A DNA stretch of 61,992 nt, filler included, from Nemertoderma westbladi (lineage: Eukaryota > Animalia > Xenacoelomorpha), in assembly GCA_032718475.1 (NCBI GenBank). It is 3 parts of 3 records of this genome, joined end to end, with 100 filler letters (N's around TTAATTAATTAA, not from the genome) between each part and the next. Parts side by side here need not be neighbours in the genome. Positions count along the whole stretch, not along the records: positions 26,805 to 58,086 come from JAUCBJ010007453.1; positions 58,187 to 61,992 come from JAUCBJ010008498.1; 1 more part is not named here. One strand, given 5' to 3'. The stretch's first letter is position 1; each line of letters begins with the position of its first letter. The position numbers were made by a program, and so were the translations under genes. Below the pieces are notes generated by a model. The model saw only the letters and a list, made by a program, of their open reading frames with translations, ran no database searches and was not told the DNA's origin. This document shows, in pieces, positions 50,101 to 61,992 of this stretch.

Positions 50101-52334
50101 AGTGATTTGCTTTAATAAATGTGTCTATAATTGATCTAAACGTAATTAAAGCGGCACAATTATTGAGTACAAATTTAATCCTTCCCATTATTGGTCTACA
50201 TAGTCTCTGCGGGGGTGTAGAGCTGCTAGCTGGCTGGGAGATGTTGGTGTAGCCTTACCAGAGGGGAATTGTACTGTAATAGGCAGCCAGTAGTATTGCT
50301 ATAGCAACCCAGACATAACTCCAACCACACTGCCTGTATTTCAATTCCTATTGACTCTATACTATAACTGTTGTATTACTTACTATCTCAGGTGACAGAA
50401 GATATAATGACATAAATACTCATGGCTGTTGTAGGCTTATATCTGAAATAGTTTATTCCGCAATATGTTTGTCTGGTTATTTTTTAATTGAATTTTGGCA
50501 AAGTGGTAAAAGGAATGTTCTTAAAAATAATATTATTATTTTATATGTAACCTAGGAAATTAGCTACATATCTTCGCTGCAGCTTTAAGAGTGTACAAGA
50601 GTGTACAAGCCCGCCTCAGCTATTTTTCAACGAAATTCAGGTTGTGCTTCATATTTGGAATCCTTGCATGGCCAGCTTTCTAGCAGCACCAAGTAACAGC
50701 TATAAGGTAGAAGAATAACTGCGGTGTAACTGATGTAATATCGCCTGAGACACTTTTTTTAAACGCTTGTAGCTAAAGATTGAAAGCAAAAATAAAAATT
50801 CTGGCTCAACCAGTCAGTGGTTGGGAGGTGAAACTATCTCTGTTTAAAATTTCATGCAATCTCATTAAGATTTGTAGAAAAATTAGGGGGGGAGGGGGGT
50901 GGGGGGTGTCACTGAGTTACGACACTATATTCTGGGATATGGTGTATATTGTTATATTCCAAAGTTGAGCCAAAGTTACACGACTAGATCTAATATTTAA
51001 TAATTCAGCACATTTCAGCATTTACACATGACCTAACAACATGTTAGGTCTGGTACAGTAGTAGTACAGCAGAACATCTGGTACACGAACATGTTATTTC
51101 GGGTATATTAGCCGCAGGGGGAGGGGCGTCTGCGGATCGACTCCAAAACGAAGATTTATGATGACTTGCAAGTGGCCACTACAACCACATGGTTATTACT
51201 GCTGTACTGTGGATTAATTGATTGTAACACTTCATCTAACAACATGTTAGGTATGGTACAGTACACATCTGTCATATGGCTGGCTTACTAATATTTATAT
51301 TACACAGCTCTTCACATCAATGTAGGAGTAGGGTATATTATATTAACACATATACATGTTATGTTGGTATGGGGGGCGGGGGGGGGGGGGGGGGGTGGTA
51401 ATTCATCATACAGCATCTGATTTATTCACAGGTTAGGTCTTAGGTCGGTACAGTAAAGCTGTAGAATTTTAAAACAACAACTGATTTACATTTTACAATT
51501 CCCCCCCCCCCCTTAAAATGTTTAAAAGAATAATCCCAACGGTGAAAGTTTTTATTCCATCGGTAGTGAGTGTTAATTTTTCGAGTTACATCCATAAAAA
51601 CAATAGAAACATACCCCTTCTTTCACGTCGTGGCCCGTGGGTGCCTTCTGGGTCTCCTGCTATTTTAGAGTTGAATTTATATACAACTTAATTAAAAGTT
51701 GAGTTTTAAAAAAAGTTTTATATTTTAACTCAGTTTAAATTTGAACTTCTCGTTCGCCCCGACTGTCCGGACTCAGAATAATATGACGGCCCCTGCCCCC
51801 ATGACACTAATATTAACGTGTCCAAATTTTAAGGGCATGCTCATTTCAATTTTAATATTCCATACATATACACACCCAGGTGCCTTATAAGCTTGCTGGC
51901 TTGTTGGTATCACTCAGCTAGGGGAGGGGGTGGCTTCTTTTAAAGTACCGGTACTCATTGTTATAATTGTTAAACTTTTAATTGTTAATTGTGAGTAATT
52001 AAATATGATATATCAAAGTTAAAGTTAGTTTTACAATAATATTAATATTACTGTTACCTATCATTTGATTTAGTAATTAATCCATGGGAAAATGTCAATC
52101 TTAAAAAACTAATATCATATCATTTATATAATATTTATGTAATGATTTTAATACCGGTATGTAAACTTATGCTTCTGTGGGATGACTAACATTCTCGACC
52201 GATGAGTCTGTAAAGCATCTTGTATAGTTTTGAATTTTTGCTTCATCATTTTTGATTTATCAGAAATAGACTCCCAAACTCTGCTATAAATAAATATGAC
52301 TCATAAATTAAGTAGTTAAAAATATTTATTTTAG

Positions 52335-55300
52335 ACTGTCGGTGGACAAGCCAGTGACGTTGGCTCTCTCCTGCAGACGACTATGCGACAGCTGTCCACT
52401 AACAACGAACTCGGTGGTATATGTGACACTCGAGAAAAATCAGTGTTCGATGTGCTGGGAAAGAAACAAGTGGAATCATACGGACAAATCAAAGTTAAAT
52501 TATTCAATTCCACGAAGCCGATTGTAGAAGATCTTGGTATTCTTCCTGTTGTACATAACCTTGACGATAAAGTAAATGGGGATTCACTGTCCCGAATTAC
52601 AAATTTATCTGAAAAATCCGGTAATTTGACAGATAATTTGACAACTTATAACTTTGCAACAGATGCAGTTTCTCCTTTTGCTGGTTGTAGATTAGACTCA
52701 AAGTCTGACCTAAATTTTTCCCCTGACACTGAAGCGGTCACTAATTGCAATGACCCAATCCCTTGTCCACTTGACACAGCCTCGTGTGCCACTGACCCAG
52801 TCCCTTGTCCCACAGACCCAGCCCCTTGTCCCACTGACCCAGCCCCTTGTCCAACTAACACAGCCCCTTGTCCTACTGACCCATTCCCTTGTCCCACCGA
52901 CCCAGTCCCTTGTCCCGCTGACCCAGCCCCTTGTCCCACCGACCCAGCCCCTTGTCCCACCGACACAGCCCCTTGTTCCACCGACACAGCCCCTTGTCCC
53001 ACTGACCCAGTCCCTTGTCCCACAGACCCAGCCCCTTGTCCCACTGACCCAGCCCCTTGTCCCATCGACCCAGCCCCTTGTCCCATCGACCCAGCCCCTT
53101 GTCCCATCGACCCAGCCCTTTGTCCCACCGACACAGCCCCTTGTCCCACCGACCCAGCCCTTTGTTCCACCGACACAGCCCCTTGTCCCACCGACCCAGC
53201 CCTTTGTCCCACCGACACAGCCCCTTCTCCCACCGACACAGCCCCTTGTCCCACTGACCCAGTCCATTGTACAACTGGACCAATCCCTTGTCCCATCGAC
53301 CCAGCTCCCTACATTAGGTCTGCCGATCTCTGCCTCGACGAACTATCCAATGACTATAACGATCGCCACTCCAACCTCCAGTACAAAGGTCGTCGGATTC
53401 GTTGGATAGAAAGCGAAAGCGATTCGAGTCCGTCGAAGGAGCCAGCAGATGTTGGCATCTACAGATCTATAACGGAGGTGCTGGGGGCACCAGCTGCTAC
53501 ACAACCGGAGGTGCTGGGGGCACCAGCTGCTACACAACCGGAGGTGCTGGGGCCACCAGCTGCTACACAACCGGTGGTGCTGGGGGCACCAGAATCCATC
53601 CAACCGCCTCCCCCAGTGAAGTCTAAGAGACGTCGGTCGGACGAAGCGGTGAGGCCAAGCAGAGCGAAACGGTCCCGTACAGCAGGGGTTACGAAGGACA
53701 GCAACGGGGTTACTAAGGACTACAATGTGGTTGCCATGGGTACCATAGCGATTTCCTCGAGCGAACCCGATCTGTCCGACGGCGATCCAAACAGACGCCG
53801 ATCCAGTCGGCTGCGCTGCCGCCCCCATGTCAGTTACACCGGTAAACAAGACAACCGTCACCCCCGGAGATCCCCGCCCAGACGCCCCACCCTCTCCTCT
53901 GACTCGGATTCCGCTGCCGAGGAACCCCGCATCGTCGCTAGGAAACGCTTGCGGTCTAGAACATCGGCGACGTGGAAGGAAACTGACAACGAATGTAACC
54001 ATAGCGACGAGTCTGGCAACATCGCTCCAATATTCCGTCGACAGCGTCCCGTTGTTGAACCAGCTAGCGCCCCTAAGCGGGACCTTAAGGAACTACTTGC
54101 GAGCTTCCCGGATCCTTTCAAAACCTCGTCTAGAGTCCCTTCAGGGTCCGCTGCCCCCACCGGGACTGGGGGGCTCCCCTATTGGCCATTCCCGACCCCA
54201 AACAGCACCCCTAACAGGCCCTCCCCCACCCCGGAGGCCAGCCAACCTATAAGTTACAATGTTATCGAGGAGTTCCCAAGGTTGGAAGCCTCCGTGAGTT
54301 ACAGCGGGAGCGAATATGTCGGTTTATTGAAACTCGAGCCGAGCGGAGCCGATGGGGTCCTTAATCTGAGTGCCGAAACCGGTGGAGAGAAGAAATGTTT
54401 ATCGGAGAGTCTACGGGAGATTCAGAGTCGGTATACTGGGATCGGAGTTACGCAACTGTATGAGCATTACATCGACGTGCTTAAGGTAAACTGTACGGAG
54501 GGATCATCAGAGGTCAACGGAGGTTGGTCCGATTCGGTGGAGGACCGACAGTTTACCGACGTGTTCCAACCGCGGTCACTACGGCAACTAGTTGGTTTCC
54601 CGGGTAACAGGGCGGGGGCCTTGCTTCATTGGTTGGAAGAGTGGAAGAGGGCGTGTGGAGGCGACGTAGAGAGGCTAAGCGAGAAGATCCGACCGAAGCG
54701 ACGCGTTCGGTTGGCGAGTGAGTCGAGCGAAAGTGAGGGGGAGGAGGGAGTAGCGGGGGTTGCCGTGGTGAGCGGCAGCTCGGGGATTGGGAAGACCGCG
54801 GCGGTCTACGCCTGCGCCAATCAGCTGGGGTTCAACGTTCTGGAACTCAATGAGAGTTCCTGTCGAAATGGCCGCCTCCTACTGGCTCAACTACAGGAGG
54901 CGACCCAGTCGCATGCGATGGTACCGGGGGCAAATGTCGCGTCAACATCTCCCAGAAAGAATCCCCACCCCTCAACTCCTCCCAGAAAGAATCCCCACCA
55001 CTCAACTCCTCCCAGAAAGTATCCCCTCCCCTCAACTCCTCAGAAGAAACCTGCCAGAGGAATAGCGTCATTCTTCCAACCAGCTTTAATCTCAAAAAAT
55101 TTAATCACCGATGAAATTATTCAAATAGATGTCGAAAAAGAATTGTCCAAGCCAACGCAGAAATCACGTAAAACTGTCCAGGAATTAGCGACTGATGGAG
55201 CTACTCCAATTTCCGCTCGCGATCCCGTAACTGACGCCCTGACGCTGGTGCTGCTAGACAACGTCGATGTTGTATTCGACGATCTGGACAAAGGTTTCTG

Positions 55301-56026
55301 GTCGGCTGTAGAATACCTCGTCGCCATCAGCAAACGCCCCATCATTATGACGACTACCAGCCCCCGAGTAATTCCCGCGAACATTCCCTGCAAACACGTG
55401 GAAATACTAGCGGGTAATTCCCGCTCCTTGTTGGCCCATATTGAGTCAATGTCGCTAGCCGAAGGCCTCCCCCTCCACCATGCGGATGTGAGGTTAACCT
55501 TGGATATGATTGGCCAATACGATTCTAGAAAGGCATTTCTTCAGTACCAGTTCGCGTCTCAATCAGCTGGTCGCGTAGATCCAGCCAATAGGGGGCATTT
55601 CGAAGATTCTGGAATGTTGCAATCGTACTTAGGATCGACCAATGAAATCGAGGCGTTTCTTAATGAGTTTCATAACTTGGGTTGTAATCCCTTATTCGCT
55701 AATTTACGTGCAATAGATAACCTTAAAGGAGGTTTAAGTGTAAAGGAACTCGATTCCTTATGCGACGGTGTTAGTCTGTTGGATTACCGGGGTGTCTGTG
55801 TACCAGATGTCCTGAACCCGTGGTTCGGTGGTTGTATTTCCCACGGGGTTAGCCAATCGCGTGCGTGCTGCGACGCGTCCCCTCCCCATTGGTTGCTCAC
55901 TCAGCAGTGCTCGATAGCCTCTCGGTACGCGGGCCTCGCATTCAGGGCAGTTCTGGAACGAGATCGCTCCGCACAGCTGGGACTAACCAACTTGGAAGTC
56001 AGACACCTTCCAATTAGTGCTCAGAG
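52335..56026 (+). CDS. ATAD5: ATAD5/ELG1 (RFC-like PCNA unloader subunit), large internal coding exon
   Basis: FTDVFQP (WTEKYQP-like); Walker A GSSGIGKT followed by AAVYACANQLGFNVLELNESSCRNGRLLLAQLQEATQSH; LVLLDNVDVVFDD.DKGFWSAV...SKRPIIMT, all matching ATAD5 signatures. Acceptor ttttag| at 52334 is in frame; likely donor AG|gttagt at 56027. Confidence 0.88.
52750..53310 (+). repeat. 21 bp coding minisatellite (CPTDPAP)n, ~26 copies, in ATAD5
   Basis: ccttgtcccaccgacccagcc units, in frame. Confidence 0.92.
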
Positions 56027-56254
56027 GTTAGTGGCTTTTATTTCGCAGTTTAAGTAAATCGAACTAACATTTCTTGCTGATCACTTTAATTTATCGTGTA
56101 GATGATTTCACTTCATTCAGGTGACCCATACTTAATGTTCATTCACACCACAAAGCATGAGATAAATTGAACACAGCAGCATCTTATCTGTTATATTATT
56201 TTTATTGGAGAAAATAATTATCGATAGTCTTAGAGGTATTGGCATAGCGCATAG

Positions 56255-56585
56255 GCCCATATGAAGTATACCAGACTTTCTGCTGATTTCACTTTCCAGT
56301 TTACCCCTACTGTATGTGAAGAATACCAGACTTTCTGCCGCTATATTTCACTTTGCAGTTACCCCCATGGGAAGAATACCAGGTTTTCACCAAAAACACA
56401 GGTTACAGAAGGGCTGAATATAACCAAAACAATAAACGAATTAGTATATGTACAGGTTATAAGACAGAAATAAGCGCTATAAAACACTTAATAAAGAAAA
56501 ATTAAAAAAAATATAAAAGCTTCATATATAAAATTCCAATAAAAAGTCAACCGAAAAGTGAAATCCTGGTATTCTTCACATGGGC
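56255..56585. mobile_element. Small MITE
   Basis: Imperfect TIR gcccat(a/g)tgaag(t/a)ataccag; a related end lies at ~50010-50050. Confidence 0.55.
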
Positions 56586-57345
56586 GTTAGCATAAATATT
56601 AGTAATAATTTAATGAATAATTTTATTGTCAATGGCAACGCAAAAATAATCCACACAAATTTACCCACATTCTCTCAAGTTTATCAGCCAGCTGTGTCCA
56701 AACTACTTCCTTAGTATGTGAGAGATTCTCATTAATCATGAGAGATACCCATAACACATATTCAATACTAATCACTCAAATCAGACTATAGAATATTGAA
56801 TAGCACTGCAGATGTTTCACCTCTTCCAACAACCCCTTCCTTACTCATAGATTTTTGTGCAGAAGTAAATAATATCGAGCTTCCGTGGGTAGAAGGGGCT
56901 CTTCACTTAGGAAATTATTTCGACTTTAAATGTAATTTTTCCCACTATGTTCTACCTAAACTTGGTCGGTTCATTGGTAAGCTATTATTCGCGAATCCTG
57001 GCTGTATTGCACATATACAACGTTTATATTGTTTTGATATTTATGGTAAGTAGTTAGTCCCTGGAATATTTTTTCAGCAGATTTAAAACGTATTTTCTCC
57101 AGTTGGAATATTAATGTTAGGCTGCTATTTCAGTTACCGAGAAATAGTCATAGATATGTTATAAATAACATTGTAAATTTTTTGCATCCCAAAGTAGTTA
57201 TTTGTAAGAATTTTATCTGTTTTGCAAAAAGTTTGCTTACGTCTACTCGTCCATGTATCCGCTTGTTGGCTAATTTGTCTCTTTTTGACTGTAGGACAAC
57301 AACTAGTGGTGCTAATTACCGTAATATTCGTATTGGTGTGGTGGT

Positions 57346-57610
57346 ATACTACTACTACTAGGTCGAGCGAACTCGGACAGTGGAAATGAGATCCTTCCAG
57401 GCTTCCCGATTCTCCATAGTTGTCGCAATTTCGTTTCTCCCAAGTACAGTATCCCTTTCAAGTTATGGCCGGTCGTCCACGACTACGCTTTCCATGAGTT
57501 GGTTGCCAGAGAAGTAGATCTGGTATGACCTCGTCTTTACTTCTCCAGCAGTGCCAACTGAATCTTAATCTGCGTTCACGGAGGGTGGTTGATACTAGGG
57601 ATGCGACAGA
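57346..57610 (-). mobile_element. RTE-like LINE 3' end
   Basis: RRLRFSWHC...LLLWQP..GKRSRGRP; (TAG)n tail. Confidence 0.75.
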
Positions 57611-58085
57611 GCTCCGGGCCAATTTTCTAGTTCCGGCTCTTGTTCCGGCTCCGGGCAAATCAACCCGGAGCTAATCCGGAGCTTATGTTGTTTAAATTCG
57701 AATTAAAATAATAAGTTTTTCTGATGTATGAATAATGTAAATATCATAATAATTAACATAATAAGTCATTAAGTAATTTACAGCTTGTTTTTTTAAGTTT
57801 CCTGATAACCTCCCACCCCCTTTGTGAAATTGTTTAAATGTTTGAACAAAAACATTGAAATGATTCAGTTAATTCAATTAATATTCTTCCCTAATTAAAA
57901 TATCTTAAATACGTCACACTATCGTTTCGTTCCTCAGTCTAGAACACCCATTCCCGCGCCATCTTAATTGTTTGTTCAATGTAAATAGGTGATTGGTGTT
58001 GTTTTATGTCTGCATTTTTGAAAGTTTTTAATATTCTGTAATTAAACAAGACTTGCACTCAGTACTACGGTATTACCTGATGACG

Positions 58086-58186
58086 ANNNNNNNNNNNNNN
58101 NNNNNNNNNNNNNNNNNNNNNNNNNNNNNNTTAATTAATTAANNNNNNNNNNNNNNNNNNNNNNNNNNNNNNNNNNNNNNNNNNNN
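58086..58186. other. Assembly gap with linker
   Basis: N run containing ttaattaattaa. Confidence 0.9.
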
Positions 58187-58789
58187 GAAGACATCTTAAT
58201 TTGGTGGGTTAAACTGCCAAAGGTCTGAAAGCGCGAACACTGCCAACATCCTGGGCTTTACTTACACTCAGCCTCTATTCACTGGCTGTGATTGACAAGC
58301 CAACTTGCCTCAGAAGTTCCTTTCATGAATGCCGCAATTTATATTTGGCCATTTTGGTCGTTTTGGCCGCCAAAATGACCAAGTTAATGTTTATTGGGAT
58401 TGGGACTGTAATAGTTATATTATAATTATTGCAATAAAAATAAAAAAATATTGTTTTAGTAAAGCAATAAATATTATCGATGAAGAAGTATAATATTTAT
58501 AGCTTGAAAGGGAGATGATGTATTCCCATTGAGAATATGCCCCCCTCCCCCGTTATCTGGTGGTGGTTATTAATATAGGACATGCACACATGCTACCGGT
58601 ATGTGTTTATATATAATACTGTGTTGTGAGTCAGTAACACTGTAACGGTATACTTTGTCAGGCACAGGAAGTGCCGGCACCAATAGTTGTAGGCCCATAT
58701 CTATATATGTTTAATAATATATGTGACAATGGTGTTATGGTTCAGACCTTAATGTTATTACAAAGATAATCACATGATGGCACAGTCAC

Positions 58790-59757
58790 TTTCTAATGGA
58801 GAGGCCGGCGACCATCGACATGCGGGGTGTAGACCCAGACGATATACACTCCCGCCAGAGTTGGAAAGTCGCTAAGGCGATAAGCGCGGAGTACTGGAGG
58901 AGGTGGGTCGAGGAATATCTACCCATGCTTCATAGGAGGAGCAAGTGGAGAAATACCACTAGGGAGTTGAAGGAGGGTGATCTGGTGATCGTCACGGACG
59001 ATACCATCATCAACAACCAATGGAGATTGGCGAGAGTTGTGGGCACTTACTCTGACGAGGACGGAAGAGTCTGATCGGTAGAAGTGCGGATAGGTGGTAA
59101 GATAGGAGCGAAAGATAAGAAGACCTACAGAAGGGCTGTAGGAAAGTGCTGCCTGCTAGAGGGCGCACCATAGAGTTTAGTCGTCCAAGTGTTGGACTGA
59201 GGGGGGTGGGATTGAGGGGGAGACGCCCTTCCTACACACAAAATATAAAAAATTAATAAAATAAATAAAGAAAGAGAAAGAGAAAATAATAGTACGTAGC
59301 AGGTACGTATTAAGTAGGCAGATAGAAGTTAGTAAGAGTTAGTTAGTAGTAAGAGGGTACGTAGTACCGTTAGTTGGGGAGTTAGTTAGTAGTAAGAGAG
59401 TACGTGTAGTACCGTTAGAGGAGCTACAGTAGTTAGTGTGTTAGTAAGAGTTAGTAGAAGTTAGTTAGAAGTGTAAATTGTGTAAGCGTAGTAGTTAATA
59501 AGAAGTTAGTAGTAGTAAGAAGTTAGTAAGTAGTAAGAAGTAAGAGGAAGTTAGTTAGAGATCAGGGAGTGTGGTATAGAGACATACCACGGGAGTAAGA
59601 GGGTACGTAGTACCGTTAGAGTAGAAGCACAGGGAGTGTGCTATAGAGACATACCACGGGAGTAAGAGGGTACATGGTACCGAGAGAGTTAGAAATTAAA
59701 AATCAGGGAGTGTGGTATAGAGACATACCACGGGAGTAAGAGGGTACATAGTAGCCA
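58790..59757 (+). mobile_element. BEL/Pao fragment: integrase C-terminus + 3' UTR, a relative of element 1
   Basis: YWRRWVEEYL...GDLVIV...WRLARV; 59171-59270 matches the reverse complement of 6090-6190. Confidence 0.88.
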
Positions 59758-61540
59758 ATGGTGGGTCATGTGCGCCAGAGTAGATATGGTTGGGGCCTCA
59801 TATCTGACTCCATTGCGACACCCACCCTGTGGAATGGCAAACCAGGGTGTGGTATTTGCCCCGAGAGCTGACTCGGCAAAAAAGCACCCCCAACCCCCAC
59901 TATGGATTACATTAGCAATGCGGAGGTCCGGCCACTAGAGGCCAGTGGAATTACCGGACACAATCGGCCTCACAGGCGTCAGTTAACTCCTGACCGGCTG
60001 CCTGTCTCACCCCCTACTGGAGAGAGAGCAGCCAACAATTCTTTGAGTCCCTTTCCTGATGACCTTTCTGGCCCAAACCCTGGGTCACCAGGAAGGCCAG
60101 ATTGTGATGGGGAGAGGGATTCTGGAGTTGGAGGCTACTCTCATGTTCCACCCCGACCAACAAAGCCATTGGTGAATCTGAGGCAAGTCACAAGACTAGC
60201 CTCAGTAAACACCCTAACACTCGGGTCCCCAATGCGACAAGGTGAGCTGACTGCCTTGGCAGATAAGCTTTCTCTTAGCGCAGTAGGTGTTCAAGAGCAC
60301 CGAATGCAGACTGGACAGACTGATGAGGTTCTGATTAAGGACATGGGGGGCGGTTGGCGACTCGCCCTCGCGTCAGCAGATGATAGTGGCAATGGTGGAA
60401 TTGGTCTATTGATGAATCCAACTGCACATGCAGCATTGGACAAAATAGACCAAATCTCTAACCGCATCATCCGTTGCCACTTCTCATGTTCTGGAAGACT
60501 GGCTAAGAAGTTTCCTAAGGTGGTTCTGATTGTGTGCTACTCTCTAACTAGTGTTGCCCCTGTAGAGGAGGTGGGAAATTTCTACCACAATCTACAAGCA
60601 GCTACTGATGGAGTGGATCAGCATGCATTCTTAACATTCCTGGGAGACTTTAATGCAAGTCTGCATCAATCACCTACATCGCCCTGGGTCTATAGCAATA
60701 GTGTTAACCGAAATTCTGTCCATCTTCAGGATTTTATCTCTGGAAATGGATTGTTTTCGGCTGGAACCCAGTTCAAGAAGCGAACTGGAAAGCTATGGAC
60801 TCATAGTGGACCCAGTGGTCACAAGTCCCAGATAGACCATATTCAGTTTCGTAGGAAATACAGGAGCTCTATACAAGACTGTAATGCATTTACACTTCGA
60901 CCCTTCTCCAGTGATCACCGCCTTATTGTGGCCAAGGTAAGACTTAGTCTGCGTGCTAGCAGAACAACGAAATCTGCCTTGCCGCGGCATGACTAGTCCT
61001 CTCTGTTGCAACAGCCAAGTGTGAGATCCAGCTTCACACTACAGCTGAGCAACAGGTATGAGGCTCTTGCCTCTGAGGCGGCAGATCACTGTGAGGGCTA
61101 TACTGCCTTTACAGAAGCAGTTAAGTTAGCAGCTGCAGAAACAGTTCCTGTATACCCTCGAAACAGGAAAAGGGCCCCCTGGACTGACAACAAAATTCAG
61201 AAGTGCCGAAATGACCTTCATAAGGCGCAGAAAGAGTCCCGACTCAAACAGACTACAGCGGCCAAGAATGCAGTTAAGGCTGCATCTAGGTCCCTGAACA
61301 GGCAGTACTCTGCTAATCTACAGGAGCTAATAAACCAACAGGTTGATGCCATCAATGATGCTGATGACATCAGGCGATCATCCCAGGCATGGAAATCGAT
61401 CAATCTGCTTAATGGGCGGAAAAGCCAACCAACCACCAAGGTTAATGCTGAATCACCAGCCGATCGCCTCAATGGTTGGAAAGCCCACTTTGAAAAGCTC
61501 CTCAATAATGACAGGGTATTGCCTGATAACTTTATAGAAA
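59758..61540 (+). mobile_element. RTE-like LINE 5' part: AP endonuclease and linker, 3' truncated
   Basis: SVNTLTL, VQEHR, GNGGIG, LGDFNA, QIDHI, SDHRL; one in-frame stop at 60994-60996. Confidence 0.88.
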
Positions 61541-61767
61541 CAATGTGTTAGCAAGCTGTATTTTTCGAGGTGTTTGTTATTATACATTTATTATAGGAAG
61601 GGATCTAGGGGTCTTTACCTCGAATGATAAGTTTATTTTACCGAAAATAACTTATCTTTTATTGGCGCAATTGTAGGACTAATCCCATCACATGCGTACT
61701 TTTTAACCGGGTAGTGTACAAATTTAGGAATCGCGTAATTTTTCTTGAAATTAATATCTCATATCTC

Positions 61768-61880
61768 TCCAAACCACGTACGCGTTTCGACCTTACTGGG
61801 TCTCATCAAGGCGCGGTGTCGGATTCGAAACCTGGGACCTCGAGGTGGAAGCCGAGACTACAACCACTAGGCCACAGGTT
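61768..61880 (-). ncRNA. Candidate minimal type I hammerhead ribozyme fused to a tRNA-like Pol III head (retrozyme-like)
   Basis: Minus strand: tggcctagtgg (A box) ... gtttcgaatcc (B box), stem I, UUGAUGA-GACC/GGUC-GAAAC-GC-GUA, stem I'. It lies in a 418 bp unit whose start repeats at 61541 and 61959. Confidence 0.55.
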
Positions 61881-61992
61881 CTTGAGATATGGAGTATTAA
61901 TTTCAAAGCCAGCTGCTATTTTATTAGCCCCTTGATTTTTTTGATTATTGATAGTAAGCAATGTGTTAGCAAGCTGTATTTTTCGAGGTGTT

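Noticed and set aside
52646-53409. Alternative-frame ORFs over the 21 bp repeat
   Set aside because: Artefacts of the minisatellite inside the ATAD5 frame.

Overview
Repeat-rich eukaryotic (almost certainly invertebrate animal) genomic scaffold with two N-gaps. It holds two host genes. One is a 3-exon, minus-strand Reeler-domain protein (signal peptide, likely GPI tail; exons 24317-24068, 14942-14767, 894-688). The other is a ~3.7 kb coding exon of ATAD5/ELG1 (52335-56026). Reeler intron 2 is filled by a 33-34 bp satellite whose unit is a copy of the exon2/intron2 splice junction. That satellite is interrupted by a young, pol-deleted BEL/Pao LTR element (4660-12517, 576 bp LTRs, ACCAC TSD), which lacks a tRNA-type PBS and instead shows LTR-to-PBS complementarity (possible self-priming). 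A second, decayed BEL/Pao element (~26.8-37.4 kb) has unusual accessory parts: six kink-turn hairpins upstream of gag, three covarying hairpins after pol, and a downstream DEDDy 3'-5' exonuclease ORF sharing a 27-nt identical motif with the element's leader. The rest is LINE fragments, SINEs, MITE/foldback elements, Helentron-like repeats, minisatellites and a candidate hammerhead retrozyme at the right edge. All calls are by eye; no searches or folding were run.
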